In this document: positions 53,335-64,000 of the stretch, in pieces
Layout: each line of letters opens with the position of its first letter
Position numbering within the stretch: the stretch's first letter is position 1
Assembly (NCBI GenBank): GCA_035084275.1
Contig: CM068744.1
Coordinates: 16,120,001 to 16,184,000 of the forward strand
Source of the DNA: Hydrolagus colliei
Lineage: Eukaryota
Length of the DNA stretch: 64,000 bases
Direction of reading: 5' to 3'
The notes under the pieces: generated by a model
The model's input: the letters and a program-made list of their open reading frames with translations, nothing else
What the model was told of the DNA's origin: nothing
Databases searched by the model: none
Program-made: the position numbers and the translations under genes

Positions 53335-53703
53335 ATTTACTCTCCCCCTATAAGCCCACCCGGACCCTCCGTTCAGCAGGACTTGGCCTGCTCCAAGCCC
53401 CCCGCCCGAACCGCCCCACCATCGAAGGCCAGGCTTCAGTTTCTCCGCTTCCACCCTGTGGAATTCCATCCCCCAATCCCCCCGCCTTGATTCCTCCCTT
53501 TCCTCTTTCAAGGCCGGTTTGAAGACTTTCCTCTTCGACCTTGCCTTTTGTTTCCCCCTGAACTTTTCGACCTCCCCTACATGTTTCACCCCTTCCCGAA
53601 CACTCCCCTTCCAGTTTGGGTGACACGCATCCTGTGCAGCGCCTTGGGACGTCCTCCCGATGTGAAAGGCGCTTTATAAGTTTAAATTGTTATTGTCGTT
53701 GTT
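53335..53703 (+). mobile_element. L2-clade LINE 3' end (well preserved)
   Basis: Encodes ..LLSPYKPTRTLRSAGLGLLQAPRPNRPTIEGQASVSPL/TLWNSIP..FKAGLKTFLFDLAF, then gcgccttgggacgtcctcccgatgtgaaaggcgctttataa tail. Confidence 0.85.
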
Positions 53704-54809
53704 AAGAGCAGAATTGAAGGTTATGCACATTTTAAAAGTGATTCTCAACATGCCAGTAAATGTGTGAGGTTTAGGGAGTGAGGAAGCAACATTCTGAGCT
53801 GCTCTCCACAGAGGACTAGGGAATGATGTATTGTTTGACAAAACTTTTTGAATTTGAAGAGTTGGCCCACCAATGATGTATACAGTCGAGCACTTTAGGA
53901 ATCAGAAGTATATTTGCTATGGTATGTGGACCCAAACTGTGGAACTCTGCTTCAATCTCTTTGCGTTGCCCCCTTGTCTTCAAATCACCAACTGAAGACT
54001 TTTCTTTTCCACAATGCTTTCCCTTTCTCCCAGCTCAGGGTCAAACTACGCCATTGTTAAGAGCTCCAAGGTGATATCCCATGTGTAGGGCATTATATAA
54101 ATGCAAGTTGTTGTTAAGTCAAGGGATACTTTAATGCAGATACGGTTCAGATCTACCTGTCGTTAGGAAGAGATGCAAAAATGTGATATTTCAGAATACA
54201 TTCAATATCACAAATGAAACGTTTCTGAAGTATTTTTCTGATGTATCAATATATGTAAATATACCCTGTTTCTCACCAACACTCTGGTCTTTGGCACAAT
54301 GCTTTCGGCTGGTATTGATCAACATTGCACTTGTTTTAATGCAGGTAAAACAAGGACGCTGCCTTGATGCATTCTGTGAGCCAGCACACAAACATTGACT
54401 CTGGGTGAAGAAAATGAATCAGGCCTCATTATCATTGAATAGCAATCTAACATGGCGCTAAATTTTTTCCTAAGATGCTTTAGATCAAAGCATTGTACTG
54501 AAGTTGAGGGGGGTGGGGGCTTACTCTCACCTTCAAATCTGTCGATAGATATAGATAGATGGTTGCAATGATGGTAATGTTTTATATTTGATAAACTGGC
54601 AATATGTATACCCTCCCCAAAGTATCACTTACTCTTTCTGTGCTTTAGTATGTCCAGTAGAATATTCACATGTGCAGCATCTGTTTACAATATCTAAATT
54701 GTTTTGTTAGTTGGTAAATAGATGATGCACATGCTGCTGAGATAAAGGACTAGGAGGAGAATAATAATAGCATTAGAAAATAATTGTAATAATATACATT
54801 AAAGGACTA

Positions 54810-55163
54810 ATGATAATAATCTTGCATTTTGATAAAGTGCCTTAACACATCTTTGAGATAGTTTATCAAAGCGCTGCACTGAATATACTGTAAAGTGAAT
54901 TGATTTATGGATGAAACGTGGCAGCCAATTGCGCACAGCAGTGTCCCATAAACAGTTGTGGATTGAGAGACCAAATTATTTGTTTTGGGGAGATTATTAC
55001 CACCGGAAAGAGATCCGCCAATTAACTAATAACTGGGTTCCTACTTATTGCTAGGCGAACAGACGTGTGTGGAGTAAGGAAACTTGTCCGACGTTTCGCC
55101 GTGCCCGGGAATCGAGCCCAGGTCCTATCGCTTGCGAGGTGAGTGCTCTACCCACTACGCTAC
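54810..55163 (-). mobile_element. tRNA-headed SINE (long subfamily)
   Basis: Same structure as 44948-45330. Confidence 0.85.
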
Positions 55164-55265
55164 ATTATTATCACTTGTTTTTTTTTTTTTTTGCTATGCT
55201 CAAGAAATGATTCATGATAAGGCATTATAACAACAGTACAAATTTATATTTTATATATTGCATTT

Positions 55266-55800
55266 CACATTGGGAAGACGCCCCAAGCTGTTTCACAGTG
55301 CTGGCTGGGCGCCTGTGTAAATGATAGGAACTGAGGGGCATAGGAAGGGGTAAAATGACTTAAAGTACTAACAAAGTAATAGGTCTTGAGATCAAACTTG
55401 AACGGGGTGATGCAGGGAATGAGGAGGAATATGAGATGGAGTTTCATAGAGAGACGTCAGTGAGGCTGAAAGCCCAACTGCTGATGGTGGGCTGGGTAGG
55501 GTGAGAGAACATGAAGGGAGTGCAGGGAATGGCCAGCTTGGTAGAATTTGAAGCGATTGTAGAGGTAGGGTGAGATATGACCGTGGATGGAGTTAAAGGT
55601 GAGGATGAAGATCTTGGGATTAGGGACTATAGTCATATGAAGTCTGGTGCAGGGGGGTATATGGACTGCATAGTTCTGGAGTCTGCAGCTTATGTAGGGA
55701 ACAGCTGTACAGTATGGCGAGCAAAGTGATACATGTATGGATTAGTGCCTTGGGGCCCGAGTAGAGAGGCAGGCAATATTTTGGAGGTGAGAAAAAGCTG
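55266..55800 (-). mobile_element. Degraded L2 3' fragment
   Basis: Purine-rich + strand pattern matching other L2 copies (ttaaaggtgaggatgaagatctt; tcacattgggaagacgccccaag). Confidence 0.6.
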
Positions 55801-57532
55801 AATAGATCAGAGCACAGATGTGGGTTTAAAGGATACCTGGGACTTTCAGCTACTCAAATGAAGTTGTGTGGGGGGAGGTTCACAATCCACAGAACTCTCT
55901 TAAGCGCTCTGGGACGTTACCCTGCATAAAGAGCAAGTTGTTGTTTCAAGTTGTTGTTGTTATAAGCACTTTGAGACGTCCTCCGAATGATAGAGATGCT
56001 GTATAAATGAAAATTGTATTGTGTTAAATCTTTAGATATTAACAGGCTGAACATTTCTATAAAGTGTTAATTAATGTTCATGTTCATTAACACATCATAA
56101 GATGCAATTTTCCCATTTTCACCCCTCTCCTGCACAATCTTAATAAGCTGCATATAAATTTATGGCAGAAATTTAATGGCAGAAAGACATTTGGCTCATT
56201 GGGTCCGCACCGGCTCTCAGGGAGAATAATTGAGCATGAGCTTATCTCTCCAGGCCTGTTACTTCAGTGGACCTCCTGACTAGTTACTGCCTTGTAACAC
56301 ATTCCAGTCTATGTGTTTTCCTGCACATAACAGTATCCTTTAAAAATAGCTTCTAACCATTCCACCATTTGGTGTTGTTATTGTTGGATTGTTGTAAGCA
56401 TTCAAACTCGTAGGTTAAAAGGTCATTGCAAAGCATGTTCTGGCACTCCAGTTATCAGGTGAGGGCATCCTCGGGTGTCTTCAGAAAGAATTCTAATTGC
56501 TTAGTCCAGGTGAAAGCTTTACAGAGCTGGGGAGTGAAGTGAGAAAGAAATAAAGAGAGAAAAAAGGAAAGAGAAAAAAAGAATAAAGGAAAGAAACAAC
56601 AAAAACAACAACATTTATATTGCACCTTTCACGTCGGGAAGACATCCCAAGGCGCTGATTAGAGCACAGGCCTCGCAAGCGAGAAATCTGGTATCGATTA
56701 TTGGCAGCGTAAAATCTTGGTCAAGTTTCCTTACTGTACATGCCTGATGATAAATCCCTCAAGAAATAATAAAATCGGTCAATTCAATCCTGGACTGTTT
56801 GTGGGGCACTGCCGTGCACAATAGGTTGATTTCATACGGCAATCAGAGATCAAATCAGAGATCAGATCACACTACCAATTGCCTAAAAAAATAGATTTTA
56901 CAAATGGTAAAAGTTTTGTAGTATAAATACAGTACATTTTTGAGGAGTCAGCTGGTGAATCTGAAAAATATCCAACATGAGGTAATGGCTTGACCTTTAA
57001 AACAAGGGAGGCCCAGCCTCGGCTGCTGCTGGGGTATGATGTGCTCAATTGCTTATTGGTTGTTTATAATATTATCGTGTGACAGCTAGAAAACCATATC
57101 AACTTTTATGAAAATAAGCCCTGAAGAAAAGAAAATACCCACATATTTTATTTAGCAGAATCTCTAGGACAAGCTCCCAACTCAAAATAAAGTATTTATA
57201 ACACAGCTAGAAGATATGTAGTACCCATGATTTTATTGGCTTTGTAATGAGGTTGGGAGCACAACCAAAACAGAACCATGCAGGAATATTTTTATCTTAT
57301 TGAGTGCCACACATTCCAATGTACCAACCACAAGGGAGAACTTCCACCAACTCTAGATTTGCTAGATTTCTATAGGAGTTTTGAGTGCAGAATTTGGCTG
57401 ATTGGGTTGTTAAATTTATGTCTTAGTTGTAAATTTGGATTCCTGTAATTTAAAGTTTACCAGTTTCAAAATTAATGCTGTACTTAAGAATTTGTCAAAT
57501 GTTGGATATTTTTAAATGCTATGTTAAGTGAA

Positions 57533-57860
57533 TAATAATAATAATAATCCATGCCTTTGATATAACAATGCAATCTGGAATGCATTGCCTGAAAAGATGG
57601 TGGAGGCCAATTTGATAACAACTTTTAAAAGAGAGGTGGACATTTATTTGGGGAGGATGGGTTTGCAAAGTTATGGGGAGAGAGCTGGGGAGTGGAATTA
57701 AATTGCTCTTTTTAAAGAACCGGCACAGACTCGATGGGCCAAATGGCCTCCTTTTGTGTAAGATTCTATGAACACCTCATTACGTCATTAGGGCACCCCA
57801 AAGCGCTTTACTGAATATATTGTAAAGTGAATTGACTATATTTTGTGGGTGAAACGTGAA
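57533..57860 (-). mobile_element. SINE 3' part interrupted by a + strand CR1 3' end (about 57570-57770)
   Basis: SINE tail aataatccatgcctttgatata, CR1 segment tctggaatgcattgcctgaaaag...gactcgatgggccaaatggcctcc, then SINE resumes aagcgctttactgaatatattgtaaagtgaattgac. Confidence 0.75.
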
Positions 57861-58719
57861 ATTAAATAGACGCAGGTGGAATTTTTCCCACAGTTGCATT
57901 TTATGCGTTTCTTTGTTTTGCCGGGCAACATTCATAATAATAATATTTGCATTTCATATAATGTATTCTACATTGTTTGCTGAATAGGTATTTGTAGATA
58001 AATATGGCAGCCCTTTGCACAAGGCAATCTCTACCAATTTGTTAACCGGAAACCTCCTCTTTTCAAATAGTGCCATGAGATCTTACACATCCATTTAAAG
58101 GTAGACAGGACCTCAGTTTAACGTCTCATCTGAAGTACAGCATCCTCTGAAAATGTAACTGCCCCGTGCACTGAATTGGAATGTCAGCCTGACATGGGTC
58201 TTGAATCACAACCTTCTGACTCAGAGGTGCTTGTGCTACCAACCCAGGCAGGCTGACAATTAAGACATAGAGGTGAAAATTGTGACCTGAGATGTGTTCA
58301 TTTTAATATATTCTTACCCTGCCAATCACTAAAGACATGCACTGCTCTGTGGTTATGACTACTCTCTCAAATCATTTCACACTACTTGGTGATGGATTTA
58401 TTTTTCTTCACAAAGCAGTAGTGATCTGCTGTCACTAGAATATCAATTGCTGTTGCTTTTGAATACCATTGAAGAGTAAAAGAGAGAACTCTGACAAAGG
58501 AATCTGGTTGTGAACACAAGTTCCTGTTAAATAAAGCAAAACTATCTTCAATTCCATTCATATTGCTTCTTTAGCTCTAATGTACAACACATTCCTGTTT
58601 TGTATACTGCAGCGAATCAATAGTTCTCTGTCGAGTTACAGGCTGGTGACTTTTGGATTCTGCAATGAAGAATAAGATAGCCTCATGTTAGTAAGCGAAC
58701 TGTCTCTTTGAATGTTATA

Positions 58720-59459
58720 CAGTAGAAGTCCATTTATCTGTGACTTGATCAACCGTAACTCCCGTATAACCGGCACCGCAAAAAAAAGGTCCACATTCGA
58801 TAAACCAGAATTCATCCAGAAAAATGCATTTTTTGGGGTGTTTTGTGTTGTGTCAGTATTTTGTAATGCTGCTACTAGGTGCCTGATGGTGGCGCTAGCT
58901 CAGAATGCTGCCGGTACTGTAAAGCAATGCACCCTCCGGAGTGTACTCTTTGAGAGGCAGAGCGGGGTGAGTTGATTAATTTAGATTTAATTTAGCCACA
59001 AAACAGCAAAACCCACACCCCGAGCAAAGCTTGCAGATCAATTCTTTGGCTTTTATTTTAATAAAAAAGACTCATCCCTGCAATGCTTGTTTTACAGAGT
59101 GCAGTGTTTCAACTTAGTGCGCACACACACATAGGCATCGCGAGGCTTTTTGGAAAAAAAGTTAACTGAACTGAGCGGCAGCCGCTCACTCTCTGCTTTC
59201 TCAATAACACAAGCTTTCCTCTCTTCTGCCCCCAATGAGAACAGTGTCATTCAGATGTGTAACTTTTGCACTAGTTTAAAGATCTCTCTGAACTGCCTGG
59301 TCGCTGTGTGTAAAATGATTATAATTTATTTATTATATTATCATATAAATGATTATTTAGTCTATTAGTAATATGCTATGTTTTTAAAAATGTAATGAAA
59401 AAAAATTGTGTTGGGTTTTCTGCCAGGTCCTGAGGGTGCTGGATAAACGGCTTCTACTG
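58720..59459 (-). mobile_element. MITE variant (740 bp) with the same ends but unrelated internal sequence
   Basis: TA|CAGTAGAAGTCCATTTATCTGTGAC...CCAGGTCCTGAGGGTGCTGGATAAACGGCTTCTACTG|TA. Confidence 0.85.
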
Positions 59460-61389
59460 TATTATGAAATGATGACGTCATTAATATCGTGACCAATGGC
59501 ACTGAGCATACTCGAGGCTTTAAGAGCCTTAGAAAACCCTTCATCAGGCAATAAAGGAGTTACCTAGCAACTGTGCAGATCAGTAACGCCCTAATAAAAT
59601 GCCAAACATCATTCGCAGTCTGATAAATTCCACGTTCAGGAGGTGAAGCTGAAGATGATAGAACTAGCCTGAATTTTCACAGATGCATGGATTCATACAC
59701 TTTATTATTATTCATACACAGAGCCAAAGAAGAGCCAAAAGCTTTGGATTTGTCATCTCAAAACTCGAGACCAAATTACATCAGATCAGTTTTGAGATAG
59801 GAGCCAGTGCTTGGTTGTGAGGTAATTATCGAAGGTTTACACACAGAAAGAGGTCATCAAATGTAGGGATTTTTATTGTATTATTTTCCGGGATGAGTTA
59901 GTTGTGACAATTCACCCTATGCCAGAAAATCCTATTTTATTATTAAGGCACTTAAGGCTTGGCATGGTGGCGGAAGCCCTAATCTCAATTGAAATAAGGG
60001 CTTGAAATCCTCTATCAGAGTCCTCCTCTTTACCTCTTCTGCTATCGGAAAAATAGCTCCCAACATTTCATGTCTCATTGTTCTGCATGCTAAATCCTAT
60101 AGGAAAAAAATAACCAGAAATGTAAAAGTCTGAAGGATTGTTTGGAGATGGGAGTATCAGAGACCATGGAATCATTCGACAGTGTAATGTGATGGAAGAA
60201 TGTAGGAGAACTGCCTAATTAGTTTCCTTTGGCATCAGACAGTTTATTGGATTTCATTTCCATGTATTTATTTCCTCGTTCTGCAGTTCCTTTTTTCCGA
60301 TTGCTGACAGACAGCTCTGATTGAAGGTGCTGCAGCTGACAGAAGTGTTAATCTACTGTAGTGCTTGTGATTTAGTCACGTATAATAGTTTGGGTTATTT
60401 ATGTCTGACTGTGTCTTCAGCTACTGTACAGAGCATCTAACAGTTACTTACAGCAACACATATGTCAGTCTATTTATTATTTACATGTGCTAGAATATCT
60501 CTTTTCTCACCACCTGCCAGTGCCTTTGAAAATTTCAAAGGAAATGCGATATATTATATCGTGTAGGTTATTCTCCTTCATACCATCTCGGTCATCTGCT
60601 GTTGTAAGCTTTCTGATTCATTAAAATCGGTCTGCCTTTTGAACTCGTCATCGATATGAGTTAAATATATAATTTCCAGGAGCCTTATACCCTGGTGAAA
60701 GCATGGAGTACCAAGTAAATTGTGTACTTTATCATGAGGAAGAAATTTGGGGATTGACAAATGTATGGGCAATGGTTTGCACAATGTGTTAGAATGGCAA
60801 TTCCTGCCATGTCTGATTAAATGTATTCAGTAGGAGATGATCTGATATCCATCCATCTGAAGTAAGCATAACAATGGAATAATTAGTTTGAAAAAATGCA
60901 ACAGATTAAATGACTTTGGTCCATTCTTGTAAATAAGGCTTTGATGTCAGGCTTTAATGCTATAATAGTAGTGGACATACACTAGCATGTCACCGATGGT
61001 GTCACTTAGTGACACCTTGGATAAGCTTCTCCATTTTCACAGACTACAGCGTAAACGGCTTATTGGCTGTTTGCTATGGATGCCATTGTGAAAGCGGTCA
61101 GTGAGCAAAGTGATGATATTGGCAGCTGTAATCACAATAGCTAAGAATGTCAGATTGTCAATAGGAGCAGCTGCGATAACACGTTGTATAAAACCTTCAG
61201 CAACGACAACTGCTAACAAACACGCCTGCAGTCTTCACAGTGATGAAGTTTTGTGCCATCGTCTACAGCTTCCGTATTATCTTGCCAAATGTACCTAATC
61301 AAACATGATCTGAAGTGCAAATAGTTTGGTAAAGTCACACTGACACTTGGTTTAAAGAAAATAAAAAGTGATTAAAAATGGCACATCTT

Positions 61390-61975
61390 ACAACTTGTAT
61401 TTATGTAGCGGCCTTCAGGAGGGGCAGTGTCTCGGAGCACTTAACAGTGATGATATATTCTGACTATATTCAGTTGGGGAAGGGAGGAGATGAGCATGGT
61501 AGAAGAGGAGGGTCTTGATCAAAAAGAGGGGAAGGAGGGAGTATTGAGGTAGAGAATTCCAAGGCTTCGGGGATAGTGGCTAAAAGCACGGGCTGATGAT
61601 GGTGGAATATATGGCATGAGGACAAGCAGGAGGCCTGAGCAAGATGAATGTAGGCAGCAGGTAGAAACTGGGTCGGAAAGGTAGGGAGGTACCAGGATAT
61701 GAAGAGATTTGTAGACGAGTGAGAGGATCTCCAATTAATACATCCTGTTCTGTGATAGAGAGCCAGCGGAGACTGGTGAGGACTGGTGTTATGAGAATAT
61801 AGAGCTTAGAGTGAATGAGAATATGAGTGGCGGAGATCTGAATCAGTTGTAGTTTGTGGTTGGTGGAGCTGGAGAGACCGGTGAGGAGAGTATTGGAGTA
61901 ATCGAGCCAGGAGGAGATAAAGGCGTTGATGAGTGTTTTGGATGCGTTGGGAGGTGGGATACAGTCAGAGGCATC
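61390..61975 (-). mobile_element. L2 LINE 3' fragment with ORF2 remnant
   Basis: SKTLINAFISSWLDYSNTLLTGL...LQLIQISATHIL...ITPVLTSLRWL and ILSLVYKSLHILVPPYLSD correspond to L2 ORF2 C-terminal motifs. Confidence 0.88.
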
Positions 61976-62574
61976 CAATGTGATGGTGGTGGAGGAAAGC
62001 ATTTTTGGCTAGGGACTGGATGTGGGGGAGGAAAGACAGCTGGGGGTGGGGGGGAGCCTGAAAGTGGGTACAATACTTTCAGGGTCATTTCATATGACGT
62101 GAAATAAATGAAATTGCAAGTTACAGTGAATTTCAACAGTTGACACCCACTATATGGTTTGAAGTCAATCAGTGACTGGAAACTACATAGTGCATGTTCA
62201 TTTTAGGGACTGGTACAGTATGTTATATTGATTGGGCCACTTCAGCACACTTTACATCGCAGTTCAACTATTTGACTCAATACAATGATTGAGTTGCCAC
62301 TTACCAGGCTTATAACTGAAAGTCCAGTTTTGAGGGGGAAGGAAAATTTTAAAAGCATTTGTCAAGCTAAAAGTCCATTTTGTTCCACTTGTTTCTGCAT
62401 CTTACAGAACAAAGGTTATTCCAGGTGTCAATGAAGGTTTGACCATTAGGATTAAAACTTTGAACAAATATCTACCCTCTGTTCCATTTTGATCATTGCA
62501 AAAGCAGTTATCCAATATAGTAAAGGTCCATATAATGTATTTTGTGTTCCCATTAACTTGCATATAAAACTCGG

Positions 62575-62824
62575 CAGCTCAGGGCGAAACTTTGGGCAAG
62601 TTTCCTTATTCCACATGCCTAATAATAATCCATCCCCAAAAAAACATAATAATAAAAATTGGACATTTTCAATCCATGACTGTTTGTGGGACACTGCAAT
62701 TGGCTGCTGCGTTTCCCCCACAAATATACAGTCAATTCACTTTACAGTATATTCTGTGAAATGCTTTGAGACATCGATAAGATGTGAAAAGCGCTGTATC
62801 AAATGCAAGAATTACTATTATTAT
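62575..62824 (+). mobile_element. tRNA-headed SINE, 5'-truncated
   Basis: cagggcgaaactttgggcaagtttcctt...aaatgcaagaattactattattatt. Confidence 0.85.
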
Positions 62825-64000
62825 TGGTTCATATAGTTTTGTAACTGATCGACCCACCAAAGGAAAAAAACATGAACTGCTTATTTTTGCAAATCGTAAA
62901 CACTATGATAAAATCACCCTCAGGCTCCTCAACTCAAGAGAGTACATCCCCAACATGCTCGCCCTTCACAATAGTTTATCTTTCCCCTGCTCTGGTATCA
63001 TTCTCGTGTAAAAACGAAGAACATGAATCTCATGATATTGAAAATGCTAACACTTTTTCTAAAGGGAATGTTGGTGTTGAAGCATGTAAATTGGCACTTG
63101 CAAATGTGATCACATAGTTTTGCAGGTCGTAGGTTTCCGCTCACCTAAATTATATTTCTATTTGCAGCTGGGGAAGTTTAACACGTTTAACTGTTCTGTA
63201 TGACATGAGGGTAGCTTGTTTCCTACTTGTTCATGTAATACCATGCTCATGCAAACGTGGCAAATACATTTGGTTATTTTTATGTTGCTGCACACAGAAT
63301 CTAGCTTTGCATTAGCACATGCACAAGTACAAACACACGCCGTTGAGCTTTATGAACTGGATCACGTTGCAGATAATTGTTTTGAAGGATCAGGATTGTC
63401 ATTTCAGGAACCATACGTGGAGCAAAGTGCTGCCTGTGGACAGTTTCCTAAGAGTTTACCATACAATGCATATTTCCTACAGTGCAATGAAAAACCTCTC
63501 ACGTTTTACTGTGTTTGTGGGGGATAAACACAGGGCCTGTTTACAAGGCAGTTGTTTTTGAACAGAATGAACATGGTCACTGGGAAACTGATGTTTAGTG
63601 CTTGTGGACTGCAATTGGGATTGGAATCAAAAATGTTTGGAGTAAAGGTTCAAAGCAGACTTAACTAGAGCGCCGCTGATAAACCTTTGACTTTAGTGTT
63701 TTGGTCCTTTTTTCAAAATACTAATTTTACAAGCAAGAGCCAGATAGAAAAGGTTCATCTGGATGTAAACGTTGAGCAATGCAGTAACCATGTGTATGTC
63801 ACACCATCTCATGAGACTTGGTGATTTCAGGTTAAGGAATTATGAATCAGTGTGACTTATATGGGGTTTCTGCAGAAGACGTAATTTCCATAGAATGGAG
63901 TCTTTCATGATGTGAGACACCAATTTATACTTTGAGAAACTTTTTCAACCCATTATTTCATGAAATGGGCTTTTGCCATTGACATGGGGTCTAGCTCCGT

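Noticed and set aside
500-56657. Recurrent short hairpin repeats as a CRISPR-like array
   Set aside because: Dispersed, in both orientations, irregularly spaced, with LINE tails, in eukaryotic DNA with no cas genes.
60578-60815. Minus-strand open frame bounded by AG and a GTATGA donor-like site
   Set aside because: Weak acceptor, no recognisable homology and no partner exons.
50400-64000. Next CEP85L exon (expected KWES..KIKEGLLRQKE-like)
   Set aside because: Not found by eye; probably beyond the window. The preceding exon was likewise not found in 1-23398.

Overview
This is vertebrate genomic DNA, mostly intronic, AT-rich and repeat-dense. The repeat content (tRNA-headed and Deu-like SINEs, L2 and CR1 LINE tails, pogo/Tigger DNA elements) suggests a cartilaginous fish, possibly a holocephalan; the taxon is inferred. 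Two genes are recognisable. On the + strand is one large 812-nt coding exon of CEP85L (23399-24210), equivalent to human exon 3. On the - strand, nested in the following intron, is the complete phospholamban (PLN) CDS (36523-36681, 52 aa), with a candidate exon-2 acceptor at 36774/36775, a candidate poly(A) signal at about 35550 and a candidate non-coding exon 1/promoter at about 50200-50390. This PLN keeps the PKA site Ser16 but has Ala at 17, Thr at 36 and Tyr at 46. The most notable repeat is a TA-flanked MITE family with 5 copies; the three standard long copies form an internal foldback and retain the first codons of a Jerky/JRKL/TIGD2-like transposase, and two copies flank the CEP85L exon in inverted orientation. 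Most other ORFs in the track are repeat-derived or chance. Repeat boundaries are approximate unless TIR/TSD are quoted, and all homologies are recognised from memory, not from a database search.
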